Source: Octopus vulgaris | Taxonomy: Eukaryota | Assembly: GCA_951406725.2 (NCBI GenBank) | Contig: OX597815.1 | Span: forward strand, 214,148,001 to 214,212,000 | Length of the DNA: 64,000 nt | Direction: 5' to 3' | In this document: positions 12,181 to 24,437 of the stretch, piece by piece | Numbering within the stretch: position 1 is the first letter of the stretch | Layout: each line of letters opens with the position of its first letter | Made by a program: the position numbers and the translations under genes | The notes under the pieces: generated by a model | What the model was told of the DNA's origin: nothing | The model's database searches: none | What the model saw: the letters and a program-made list of their open reading frames with translations, nothing else

Positions 12181-12442
12181 TACAAATATGTGTAAATTGA
12201 AAGAAACACCTCATATGTGTTGTTGTTGTTAAGCAATAAGACGAGTAAGGGTGATTAGGTGAGGGTCTAGGGCTTAGGGGCGGGAGACCCCAGACCTTGG
12301 AAAAAAAATTTGGTCGTTTTGTTGTAGTCGAGGGCTCTTCGTCTGTGCCCGACACCACTGGGAGGTGGCCCTCGAAGTCGCTGGAAATGGAGATCTCCAG
12401 ATCCAAATTCTTGAACGGCCGTCATATGTGTGTGTGTGTGTG

Positions 12443-13333
12443 TGGATGGGCAATCAAAACAAAATGCAATTAAACGAGGGAAAATTTGAGCTAATGCATT
12501 ATGGAAGAACGACATTGCTAAAACAGTCATATCCTCTTCCTTCAGGGGAACCATCACAGCAACTAATAATATCAGAGACCAGGGAGTAATTGTTGACAAC
12601 AATCTCAACTGGAGTGCCCACATCAACAATAAGGTCGATATAGCTCGTAAGATGAGCTCCTGGATCCTAAGAACCCTCCGGTCCAGAGAACAGGTGTCAT
12701 CATTCCTCTTTTCTCTCCCTTTGTACGGCCACATCTCGAATATTGCTGCCCCCTGTGGTCGCCCCATACAAAACAAAGCATTTCGAAAATTGAATCACCC
12801 CAGAGGTCATTCACTAAAGAAATCAAGGGATTGACTGATCACGATTATTGGGACTGCCTTAAAGCATCGAAACTCTATTCTCTCCAGCGCCGCCGTGAGC
12901 GATACATCATTTGCACGATGTGGAGAATATACCACCAGCATTGCCCTAATGACCACAACATTAGCTTCAAAATTCATCCATGGTTAAGACCACGGGCCAT
13001 ACGGCCCCTACACAATTCAGGATCACAACACATAAACAAACTGCGTTACAATTTCTTTCCTGGAACAGGCCCTGCACTATTTAACATTGTCCTGAAACAG
13101 ATCAAAGAGGAAAAGGATCACATCGCCTTTAAACGGAAACTGGCCAAATTTCTTCAAGGAATACCAGATAAGCCATTTATACTTGAATACAACTCACTCA
13201 ACAAGAACTCCCTACTCCAATGGACCATGATACCAGAAAACATGACTTAAAAAGGATTTAGCTATTCCTATCAGGTAGTGCGATTGAGTTAGACATACCC
13301 TGGACCAATCTTTGGTCGAAACATATCTAAGTT
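12443..13333 (+). mobile_element. 5'-truncated CR1/L2-group LINE (end of RT and C-terminal region, 3' UTR), frameshifted
   Basis: Across frameshifts: W..QNKMQLNEGKFELMHYG, RDQGVIVDNNLNWSAHI, VRPHLEYCCPLWSP, LYSLQRRRERY, FKRKLAKFL; 3' stem-loop GACCAATCTTTGGTC. Confidence 0.9.
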
Positions 13334-13385
13334 ATGTATATACACATATACACACATATACACATATGACGTGCTTCTTTCAATT

Positions 13386-13425
<40 letters not shown>

Positions 13426-13446
13426 TAAAAACGGTAAGATAGCAAA

Positions 13447-13482
<36 letters not shown>

Positions 13483-13508
13483 GTGTGTGTGTAAACTGAA
13501 AGAGGCAC

Positions 13509-13554
<46 letters not shown>

Positions 13555-13680
13555 GCGGGCTTTCTTCAGTGTCCACTCGCCAAGTCCACTCACGAGGCTA
13601 TGGTCGGCCCAGGATTATTGTAGACGACTCGACCATGTCAAATTGCCGCATAGTGAGACCGAACGTGGTTGGGAAGCGTG
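13555..13680 (-). mobile_element. SINE family D, tRNA-like 5' half, decayed
   Basis: Similar to 35495-35651 and 59253-59393. Confidence 0.6.
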
Positions 13681-13924
13681 TGTGAATGTGTGTTAATAAA
13701 TGTATGAGTTAATATGGAGAGAGAAAGATAGTAAGAGAGAGGAGGAAAGAAAATAAGAAGGGGGAGGGTCAAGGAAGGGCACTTAAGCATAAATCTGATG
13801 AATAAAACGAAGGAACAATAAAGGAATCGTCTCAGAAGAAAAAAGAGAGAAAACAGAAAGGAAAGTTTTAAAGAAAAATAAAAGAATCCCAAAATAGATG
13901 CATAAATAACAACAATAAAGAGGT

Positions 13925-14243
13925 CCTCCGTCTGTTACGACGACCAGGGTTCCAGTTGATCGTATCAACGGATTAGCCTGTTCGTGAAATTATCGTGCAA
14001 GTGGTTGAGCACGTCACAGACATGCGTGCCCTTAACTTAGTTCTTGGGGAGATTCAGCGTGACAGAGAATACGACAAGGTTGGCCCTTTGAAATATAGGT
14101 ACAACTCAATTTTACCAGATGAGTGAACTGGTAAGATGAGAAATGAAGTGTCCTGCTCAAGAACACAACGCGCCACAGTGATTCGAACTCACGATCATTA
14201 GGTCGTGGGCTGAATACCCGAACCACTAAATCACGCGCCTTCA
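13925..14243 (-). mobile_element. SINE head C with tail T1
   Basis: Same organisation as 4685-5002; AACAACAATAA on both flanks. Confidence 0.8.
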
Positions 14244-14269
14244 CAACAACAACAATAATGATCCTATGG

Positions 14270-15470
14270 CTCTGTAAACTACGATCGATCGACGTCGTTG
14301 CCTTCTCGTGTATTCTGCAATATTAGATCGATCTTGTGGTTCTTCTTCTGTTGGGTTTTGCTCCTTCACTCCTTGCCTGCCGCTCCCTCTTCACGTCCAT
14401 TGAATCTCCACTGAGAGAAAACGATGGGAAAGCCGTTTTAGTTACGGGAGGGGACGGTTACCTACTCATCAATTTCTGGAATCGAGGACGTGATAGATTT
14501 TGTGGTCTCCCGCGAATCGTTTGTTGTTTCTGCAGTAGAACACTTCCCTCCCACACTATCACCGCTGGTAATACCAAAGGAATTGATCTTACAGCTTCTT
14601 GATCAGTTCCTAGAACTGCGGACGAGGTATTCTCCTCCAGCAATTCCGAAGTTTCGAGGGGGATTACTGATGGGGTAGCAGCTTCTGAATTCCCCTGGTG
14701 TTATTGCTGCTTTATTTCTCTTGATTCTTTTTTCAATTACTTAGAAGAAGGGGAAAATAAACGGACGAGTAAAAGTTGTTTAAATACGAGGAGAAAGATA
14801 CGTTAAAAGTTTGATAGAAATTAAACACATTGAATAAACAGTTGATTATATAAAGATATACAATAATCAAAATAAAACATATAATGTGGTAAATAGGAAG
14901 AGAGCAGATAGTGTAATCATCAACACAAGCATAAGAACCTATCGCCCAGATCGAGTTGGAACACGTCATGACTTTGTTCGTCTATTACTCATTATATTCA
15001 AACTGAGTACTTCCAAAGCATCTGTAAGTATCTTCTTGGCTGGCCATAATAAAAACCATTCAGCGCCCTCTAGGTATTGTGCTTTATGATGTGATAGGCC
15101 ATAGATGTAGTCTTCACCAACAGCTTAACTTCTACCTGATTCATTTTATTCGGCCGGTTCTAAATATGCCTCCTTGAACAAAAAATTTATCATCCTTATC
15201 AACTTTGTAAATGTCTAGCTTGTATCTCAATTACACGTTACCATTCACGGTACTGAGAACACCTGTCGCTGGTGAATGCGTAACTATTCTTCCAACGCAG
15301 TATATGGCCTTTGCCTAAGATCACCGTTCTTCTTCTGTCTTCTCTTCCTTTTCCTTTACTCTGTGACAGCCTGCCACTCCTTTCCAGCCTTCATTTGGTT
15401 CCCATCGTCGCAAGAAGATGAGGCAGTACTAATAGGAGGAGAAGTTATTGGCTCCGTTATCTTCTAAGAC
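14270..15470 (-). pseudogene. Two decayed copies of a probable retroelement ORF1/gag-like region
   Basis: Minus-strand frames near 15466-15250 (TSPPISTASSSCDDGNQMKAGKEWQAVTE*RKRKRRQKK...LRIHQRQVFSVP) and 14457-14270 (PSPPVTK...SGDSMDVKRERQA...RRR...RIHEKATTSIDR) resemble each other; many stops. Confidence 0.35.
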
Positions 15471-15885
15471 TGACCATGTGATCATCTCCGCCAAAACAGT
15501 AATATGAACAAAAACCCTACGACTACACCAAGGCTCACAATGTTATCTAAAATCCGAAAGGCAACGCTGCTGTCAGCATCTTACACGCCACCAATCACCC
15601 AATGTGTACAAAAAACATCACTCAATAAAATAATACAACTCACATTATACATATTGGATGCCCTCAAGGGCAAGCCAACATGGATGATAGTTTTCTTTTA
15701 GAGGTGTTGTTAGCTCAAAAGGTGGCACGGAATGTGAAGGTGTTTTGGAGGGGAGTGCTGAGAGTGGAGATAAGTTGTGGTTTTTCTTAGAAATGAAATA
15801 TCCAAATCAACTACAATATTTATATTTTCAAATAACTGAAGGTCGGACAAGCTAGGCGTAATAAAATGTTATTATATAGATCGTC

Positions 15886-16455
15886 AAGGCGGCGAATTGG
15901 CAGAATCGTTAGCGCACCGGACGAAATGCTTAGCGGTATTTCGCCTACCGTTACGTTCTGAGTTCATATTCCGCCGAGGTCGACTTTGCCTTTCATCCTT
16001 TCGGGGTCGATAAATTAAGTACCATTTACGCACTGGGGTCAATATAATCGACTTAATTCGTTTGTCTGTCCTTGTTTGTCCCCTCTGTGTTTAGCCCCAT
16101 TGTGGGTAGTAAAGAAATAGGTATTTCGCTTGCTGCTACGTTGCGAGCTCAAATTCCGCCGAGGTCGACTTTGCCTTTCATTCTTTCAGGGTCGATTAAA
16201 TAAGTACCAGTTACGCACTGGGGTCGATATAATCGATTTAATCCCTTTGTCTGTCCTTGTTTGTCCTCTCCGTGTTTAGCCCCTTGTGGGTAGTAAAGAT
16301 ATAGGTATTTCTTCCAGTTTTTTTACGTTCTGAGGTCGACTTTACCTTTCGTTTTCTAGGGATTGAGAAAATAAGTACCATTTGAGTACTAAATTCTATG
16401 CAATCAACTATTAACCCCTTCTGATTGCTGGCCTTCCGTCAAAGTTTGAAATCCC
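15886..16455 (+). mobile_element. SINE family A, internal trimer
   Basis: One head and three cores (near 15980, 16160 and 16333) joined by the TGTGGGTAGTAAAGAAATAGGTATTTC linker. Confidence 0.88.
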
Positions 16456-16974
16456 GATATAAATCCTCACCTGCTTTAGTCATTTCCATAAATATCTAAT
16501 ATAGGGGACACTAGTCTATGCAAATATCTAAATGTAGATATGAGAATGAAATAGCATAAAAATATATAGATAAATTATTGCACAAAATTATCTTAAATTT
16601 GGTTAAAATAATCTGATGTCTTTTGGTGGACGGGGATTACAAAACATGTGGAAGGTGGCATTTGCAAGGTATTTCTCGGTGAGAGGAGGCGCTGAGCTAT
16701 GAAAGGTCCACAAGCACTTCACATAATTTGATGAGACTCTGCTAATATCATCGAACAACAAACCAAACACCGCAACAAAGTAGCATGCAAACAGAATTCT
16801 AACGTTGTTATGGGTAAATTCTAATGCTATAAAGACAACACTGCCCAGACCAGAGGAGCCTGAAGGTGCACCTGATGCTGCTGCGGAACACACAAAATAA
16901 TGGAAACTTGATGTGTTTCTCAAACCAAAAATAACAACAACAGCAACAAAAATAACATCATTTAGATTTCAAAC

Positions 16975-17360
16975 AAAGAAAGAAGGTATATGGAAATAAG
17001 TTTAAAGAAAGGGAGGACACTTTTTTTATACAAGAGATATTAAGAAGATGAAGCAGCAGGAGGAGGAATAGGGAAATAGAAAGAGGCAGAGAGAAGGAGA
17101 GAAGGAGAGTTGTATGGAGATGAAAATAAGGGCAGTTGGTGAAGAAAATATAAAAATAAACAGAAAAATAAAGGAAAATGTGAGATGAATAGTGAAAGGA
17201 GGAGAAGGGGTGAGAGGAGCTAGAGATAGAAAGAGAGAGAGAGAGAGAGAAATTGATAGAAAAGATGAGAGAAGAAATAAAGAAAGATAGAGAGCGACAT
17301 TTGATAGTGATATGGGGAAGGGGAAAGTAAAGAAGAAAAGGCACAGAGGAATGTGAAAAA
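16975..17360. repeat. Purine-rich (GA) low-complexity tract
   Basis: Strong A/G bias on the + strand; (GATA)n follows at 17575-17627. Confidence 0.85.
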
Positions 17361-17574
17361 GATGTTGTTATCGATAGATGGAACTAAGATGGTGGTGAGG
17401 TGCTGGAACAGTTGTTTATTTTCTCAACAAAACGCTACAAGAGGAGTAGAAACAGATTGGCAGATTTAGTTCAACTGAAAAAGGAAAAGTAAAAGAAAAT
17501 GTCTCGTTAATAGCTTACAGTGTTTATAATTAGGATGGATATTACAGCAGTCAAGGCCCAGGAAGCGCAGAAAA

Positions 17575-17613
<39 letters not shown>

Positions 17614-18052
17614 TAGATAGATAGATAGAAAGTAAAAAAAAAAACAAAACAGAGAGACAGACAGAATGTGTAAATATGTGCTGGAGTAGGACGAGTCATG
17701 TGATTTAAAATAAATGAAAATACAAAGAAAACAAGGACAAAATAAAGAACCAAACCGTACAACAAAAACAAAGGAAAAATTCCTTAACTCTGAGTATTCC
17801 CCACAAACAAGTACATAAGTAAATAAAATACTTAATTCGCAAATACATTGCGACACAGTGTTAACTAGCTCTAATGACTCAATGCTCTGCTGTATGTAGT
17901 TTGATGTCTCACTGTCTGAGTTCAAATTCCTCCTGTGTCTACTTAAATTCTGGATAAATCTCAAAAAAAAAAAGAAAACGGTACCAGTGAAATGTTTTAT
18001 GAAACGTCATGAACAACACACACGAACTTTTATTTTCTGTCCCATAAATATT

Positions 18053-18432
18053 CTTTTCTACTGTAAGCAAAAGGCCCGAAATTTGGTGGTGGTGGTGGTG
18101 GGGGGCTGTCGATTAGATTGACCCCAGTACGCAACTGGTACTTAATATATCGACTCCGAAAGGATGAAATGCAAAGTCGACCTCGGCGGAATTTGAACTC
18201 AGAACATAGAGGCAGACGAAATACCTATTTCTTTACTACCCACAAGGGGCTAAACACAGAGAGGACAAACAAGGACAGACAAAGGGGTTAAGTCGATTAC
18301 ATCAACCCCAGTGCGTAACTGGTACTTAATTTATCGACCCCGAAAGGACGAAAGGCAAAGTCGAACTTGGCGGAATATGAACTCAGAACGTAGCGGCAGA
18401 CGAAATGCTGCTAAGCATTTCGTACGGCGTAA
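18053..18432 (-). mobile_element. SINE family A dimer
   Basis: Reverse complement of the 6301 and 21570 structure. Confidence 0.85.
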
Positions 18433-18699
18433 GCGGTCAGTAATATTATAGTAAGAAAATTGGGCAGCTGGCAGTATGGAAGGGATGCCGGACTGATGCT
18501 TCGTGGTATTTCTTCCGGCTTTTTGTTCTGGTTTCCAATTCCGCTGACGTCGTCTTTGCTTTTGTTTCTTTTTATTTTGCATCGTTTCATTCTTTTCTTT
18601 TCCTCCCCATTTCATGAGCGACAGCGCAATATCCCCTGATATGTTTTTACTTCGTCTTCGTGTTGCATATTTTTTTTGCACCGCACACACGCACACGCT

Positions 18700-18909
18700 T
18701 ATACACATATGTATATATGTGTATATATTATATATATAATACACACATATATATACATATATATGTGTGTATATATATATGTGTGTATATATAATACATA
18801 ATACACACACATATATATATGTGTATATATATAATACATATATATAATACACACACATATATATATATAATTCATATATATGTGTGTGTATATAATACAT
18901 ATATATATA

Positions 18910-18954
<45 letters not shown>

Positions 18955-19045
18955 CCTTCTTCCCTTCTTTCCTGAGCGTCCAGTAATACTATATTTGTTC
19001 CACGTCCTCGCGTTGTTGTGTTTTTTTGTGTTTTCTTGTTTGGAT

Positions 19046-19084
<39 letters not shown>

Positions 19085-19115
19085 ATATATATATACACAT
19101 ACATACATACATGCA
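18700..19115. repeat. TA/TG/CA compound microsatellites
   Basis: Read directly. Confidence 0.9.
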
Positions 19116-20029
19116 TATGCCACAATTTCACACTGACTCAGTTGAAGACGTCGTATCTGAATGAAATAAACGAACGAATAAATGAAGGAATAGAAAAGTT
19201 GAATAAATTCTATTGTGATTTCTAAACCGGAAATTCATTATTGCTGCCCCCAACTTTAAGTGAAGAATTCTTGTATGTCCCTTCATTCTCCCATCAGGAG
19301 ATCTTCCATATGGTTGAAAATAAGGAACGCAGCACTGTACAATCAGACAGATCTAATAGGTAAATTCCTTGAAGATGTATTTCGAGTGGTTAGTGTCGTA
19401 GGAGTTGATTTTGTTTTGTCTTTGGTTTTTGTTTTATTAAGTTGGTACATATGGATGGAAGGAACATCTTTAAAGATGGGTAGATATGAGACGAAAAGAA
19501 AACATGTTAAAGAAGAAAAAAAACCCGGACAAAGTGAGGAAGAAAAGGAGACGAGAGGAAGAGAGAGAGTGTGAATGTAAGTAGATACAGAACAGATGTA
19601 GTTTTGACACAATGGAGTAGGAAGAATCATTATTTCTTTTAGGGAAACATGGCCTAAAATATCTAGAAATGAAATGTCTCTTAACAATGTTTATGACTTC
19701 CTTTAGAATATTAGCAACATGAATGAAGTGAAATAACTGCGACTCTGTAATCAAAGTAAGGTCTCCGAGCTTTAACAGTTTTCTTCTCCTCTTTCAGGTT
19801 TCGAAGGTGTAGAATAATAATCTGTGCTTTTCGGCGCTCTTTCAAGGATTAGCAAAAATATTTGTCAAATCTCCATCAAAACACACCTTTAAGAAGGAAG
19901 GAAGCATGTTTCTGAAAAACATTCTGAGTGATGGTTGTATCTGGAACGCCACAGAGAGAAACATGCAGGATCAGGATTAAGCCGAGCTCAAGCAAAAGCA
20001 TCTTAGTGTATATACTGAGGGCCTGAAGA

Positions 20030-20206
20030 TTCAGTGACATCGCCATGAAAGATCGCTAGCCACTACACATTCTTTATTTTCTCTCCTTGTTTCTTTCTGT
20101 AGAAGAGCGTAGGCTCGAAACGTTAAAAACGTTTTCACTTCCCGAACATTATACAAATAAATCTGTTTGTCTACACCGCCTGTCTTCGTCTTTTGTGGGT
20201 TTTTTT

Positions 20207-20212
<6 letters not shown>
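20030..20212 (+). mobile_element. Short repeat, probably a Penelope pseudo-LTR derivative, with a hammerhead-like motif
   Basis: Homologous to 41740-41923 (GAAGAG...AGGCTCGAAACG...TTCCCGA...TGTCTTCGTCTTTTG); ends in a microsatellite. Confidence 0.55.
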
Positions 20213-20277
<65 letters not shown>

Positions 20278-20468
20278 CAAATTGAAGATAAAAACAAAAG
20301 CAACAAAAACCAGAAGGACGTACACAGCGAATATATTAGGTGTTTAAGATGGAAAAAAGACGGGTTGTGAGGTTTCGACCATGGCTACTCGTCGTAAGGA
20401 GGAAATATCCAGAGAGGAGGAAAATAATAGCCTGAGAAAAATACGTGTGGTTGTTACATGGCTGAAGA

Positions 20469-20536
<68 letters not shown>

Positions 20537-20539
20537 AAA

Positions 20540-20778
20540 TTATAATTTAGGGTATCTAAGAGATACCACCACGCTGGAAATAGCAGTCAAAACTTGACTC
20601 TAAAACAACATTAAAAGTTCGTACAGCAAGATGTTCATACATTAAATGTTCATAGAGTCAAGTTTTGACTACTATTTCCAGCGTGGTCGTATCTCTTAGA
20701 TACCCTAAATTATAAATTTTAATAATTATTACCTTTGAAAGGTTTTTATTCCCATGCTGGTCACCTGATCTTATCCTT
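20540..20778. repeat. (TA)n-embedded element with a 63-bp inverted repeat
   Basis: Arms 20540-20602 and 20653-20715 with 2 mismatches and a 50-nt spacer; shares GAAATAGCAGTCAAA with 55391-55545. Confidence 0.85.
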
Positions 20779-21569
20779 ATATATATATATGAGTAGGGAT
20801 AGTGTATGTGTGTATATATATGTAAAACAGTTGTATGAAGACTATAGGAAATGAAATAGAAACAACTTTAATAGTTTCTTTCAACATTTAGTACCGTTTT
20901 ATAGTATCATACGTGCACATACAAATATTCAAACAAGTTTCTTCTTTATAACATTTGTATACCACTTTCCTCTCAAATTTGTTATATCAATGTTATCCGT
21001 TGAACATCCTCTACGCCTGTTCCGACTTCTTCGTTTATTCCTACAAAGTCGTTAAAACATAAACTATATGTAAGGCATTGTATTCTGTTTAATATTCCTT
21101 TTTATATAAAGGTATTGTGTTTTGTTCAAAGAAAAATTATTGCATTCGGTTTATCAGATTTATCTCAAACAGTTTTACATGTTTTTAATGTAATTTGTTA
21201 GACTTTTGAAAATTTTATTTTATGATTATTGCTTGACGTAAAAACTGTTACTCATCCACAAAAACATGGTTCCATTAAAAAGGAAGACAAATGTTAAAAT
21301 TTTGGCCATGAAGGATATGAACACGCATGCATGATTACTCAACTTTCGCAAAGACTGACTCACAAGTTTTATGGCAATACACAATACAAAGGACAGAAAT
21401 GGCGGTAGTGAGAATTCTCGTTGATAGCTGTAGACTTCAGTTCAAAATTTATGCAAAAATCTATATTATAATACTGAGTCCTTTGAACATATCTTAGATC
21501 GATGATACAACTCCATTTAATGGGAAAGAAGCGTATGCGTTTAAAACCTGAACCAATCATAACATTTTA

Positions 21570-22430
21570 GGCGGCGAGGGGCTGGCAGAGTGGTTAGCAC
21601 GCCGGGCGAAATGCGGAGCCGCATTTCGTCTGCCGTTACGTTCTGGGTTCAAATTCCACCGAGGTCGACTTTGCCTTTCATCCTTTCGGGGTCGATTAAA
21701 TAAGTACCAGTTACACACTGGGGTCGATGTAATCGACTTAATCCGTTTGTCTGTCCTTGTTTGTCCCCTCTGTGTTTAGCCCCTTGTGGGTAGTAAAGAA
21801 ATAGGTATTTCGCCTGTCTTTATGTTCTGAGATCAAATTCCGCCGAGGTCGACTTTGCCTTTCATCCTTTCGGGGTCGATAGATTAAGTACCAGTTGCGT
21901 ACTGGGGTTCGATCTAATCGACTGGCCCCCTCCGCCAAAATTTCAGGCCTTGAACCTAGAGTAGAAAAATTTTTTTCATTACAAACACATATAAGGCGCT
22001 AAGCTGGCAGAATCGTTACTGCGTCAGAAAAAATGTCATTTCTTCAAGCTCTTTACGTTTTGGGTTCAAAATCCGCTGAGTTTGACATCCTTTTCATCCT
22101 TTCGGGGTTGGTAAAATATGTACCAAGCGAACACTGCGGTCGATGTAATTGACTTACCCTCTCCTTTAAAATTTATGGCCTTGTGCCAACATTTGAAACT
22201 GTTGTATACGCATTTAAGTTGGGTGAGTTAGCAGAGTCATTAACGCATCGGACAAAATGTCCAGCGGTATTTTTTCCTGGGTGTAATGTTCTAAGTTCAA
22301 ATTCGACCAGCGTCTACTTTGCCTTCCATTCCTCAGGGGTCGATGAAATGAAAGTCATGCACTAAGATCAATGTAATCAAATTACATTTTCCCTTAAATA
22401 TTTCTGGTTGTGTGCCAAACATAGAAAGAC
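21570..22430 (+). mobile_element. SINE family A cluster: dimer 21570-21968 and older monomers near 21993-22200 and 22216-22430
   Basis: Repeated head, B box and core motifs. Confidence 0.85.
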
Positions 22431-22704
22431 TTATATACATATTTAGAAAAAAACTGGTTGAAATATGTACAGAAGTCACTTTTCCGTGAGTGAAATTGAT
22501 TTTTGAAAGTAATACATGAAACGGAAGTAGCATCCAACATATTCTTTATTCCAGAAGGTAGACCAAAGGTGTTTTAAGGAGTATTTGTATTGAGAAAATC
22601 TTTGCGAATTATCTGTCTCGTATTTGTTGGTACAAAAGCTGCACTGGCATATTAGACGAACCCCGATTTCAGCAGTGCTTATTCAGTATGCGTGTGTATA
22701 TGTT

Positions 22705-22921
22705 TGTGTGTCTGTGTTTTCCCCCAACATCGCTTGACAACCGATGCTGGTGTGTTTACGTCCCCGTAACTTAGCGGTTCGGCAAAAGACCCCGATAGAA
22801 TAAGTACTAGGCTTACATAGAATAAGTCCTGTGGTCGATTTGCTCAACTAAAGGCGGTGCTCCAGCATGGCCACAATCACATGACTGAAATAAGTAAAAG
22901 AGTAAAAAGAGAGTAAAGAGT
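22705..22921 (+). mobile_element. SINE family D, 3' half
   Basis: CGCTTGACAACCGATGCTGGTGTGTTTACGTCCCCGTAACTTAGCGGTTCGGCAAAA...CTCCAGCATGGCC...(GTAAAAGA)n tail; homologues at 11950, 55572 and 58560. Confidence 0.8.
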
Positions 22922-23287
22922 ACTGTATATAAAAAGTAAATTAGTTGTACAGTTGAATATAAAGCAAGAACTGGTAAGCTTCAGGATCAAAACTACCTTA
23001 TGAGAGGATCAGCTTTATATGAAGGACTCGACCTAGGATACGTTTTGGGATAGTTTCTTTAAAATATGTGTGTCAAATATGCCATCAAATACGCTAAGTT
23101 CATGTTAAACGCGAGTCTTTTTTTCCGTTTTCTTTTCTCCATATTTCACTGGCAAAATACGGCATTTATTCTAATAATTGTGATATTCATAGAAACATTT
23201 TAAGACGAAATCCCACCGAGGTCTATTTTGATTTCCCCTATCGGTTATTAAAATATATGAATCGTCGGCAGATTGACTAAAGGCAGA

Positions 23288-23470
23288 AGGCCTGAAATTA
23301 TGGTGTAGGGACTAGTCGATTAGATCGACCCCAGTGTTTCACTGGTACTTTATTTATCGACCCTGAAAGGATGACAGGCAATGTCGACCTCGACGGAATT
23401 TGAACTCAGAACATAGCGACGGGCAAAGTACTACTAAGTATTTTGCCAACGATTCTGCCAGCTCTCCGTT
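23288..23470 (-). mobile_element. SINE family A monomer
   Basis: Core and B box on the minus strand. Confidence 0.8.
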
Positions 23471-23764
23471 GCCTCTTTCCAAATAAAATGAAATCGTAAC
23501 TATTCTTATAGTCAACTTCTTGTTTTATACACGACGTTAGCTGTACATCATGCTGGTTACAAGAAATTGGTTGTACGGCAGAAATAACTATTGCATTTTA
23601 CTCGAGACAGTAGAAACATTTGTACATAGATTTGCATATACATCAATGTGCGGTCAATTCTTGTGTTTTTACAGAATATACATTTAGCATTGCCGTTTAC
23701 AACACTACCACCTAAACCTATTTGCATCACGGACCGGTTTCACGCAAAGCCATTTTCCCACTAA

Positions 23765-23932
23765 CCGTTACGTTCTGAGTTCAAATTCGAAGTCGACTTT
23801 GCCTTTCATCCTTTCGGGGTCGATAAATTAAGTACCAGTTACGCACTGGGGGCGATATAATCGACTTAATCCGTTTGTCTCTCCTTGTTTGTCCCCTCTG
23901 TGTTTAGCCCCTTGTGGCTAGTAAAGAAATAG
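23765..23932 (+). mobile_element. SINE family A, headless unit
   Basis: GTTCTGAGTTCAAATTC...GCCTTTCATCCTTTCGGGGTCGATAAA...linker. Confidence 0.8.
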
Positions 23933-24437
23933 AAAATATATGCACCACGGACACCGGAAAAACTGGCCCTGTTAGCATGAATGACTCAGGAAAGACTTTT
24001 ATGCTTATACGTATTATTTTAATATAATTTAATTCTTACATATATCATACATCAATAATACAAAAACACCCAGCAGATTGCGAAAGACAGTAAAATAGAA
24101 ATAAAGCTTCAATTCTATTTTTGTGCAGCCCAGTAACAAATGATCCACGGACCGGCACTGGTCTCCGCCCTGGTGGTCGTGGTTTGTAGAACATAGGTCA
24201 ATAACTTGTAACAAATACAACACACAAACAGTCAAATACAGTCAAATTCAAATACATTGCAATACATTGAATGACAAACTTGTGTCCCGCATTTGCTTGT
24301 TTGTGAGACATTTTGGATGAATGTCTGCTACTTGTTTGTGGTGGCCAGGTTAGCGTTGAATGGATTATAAGTTTCAGTGTTGCCATTTTGTTGTATGACT
24401 GAGCAAACCTATGATCAAAAGCATTCCCGACGCAACC

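Noticed and set aside
13300-13330. Stem followed by GAAAC resembling half a hammerhead (also 6712-6740 minus)
   Set aside because: No CUGANGA box; better explained as the LINE 3' stem-loop
14411-14461. Apparent 51-nt minus-strand GT-AG mini-intron
   Set aside because: Lies inside a probable decayed retroelement ORF; no coherent gene model
15320-15432. Strong-looking plus-strand acceptor followed by PATPFQPSFGSHRRKKMRQY*
   Set aside because: The pyrimidine tract is the complement of the Lys/Arg-rich part of the minus-strand relic ORF
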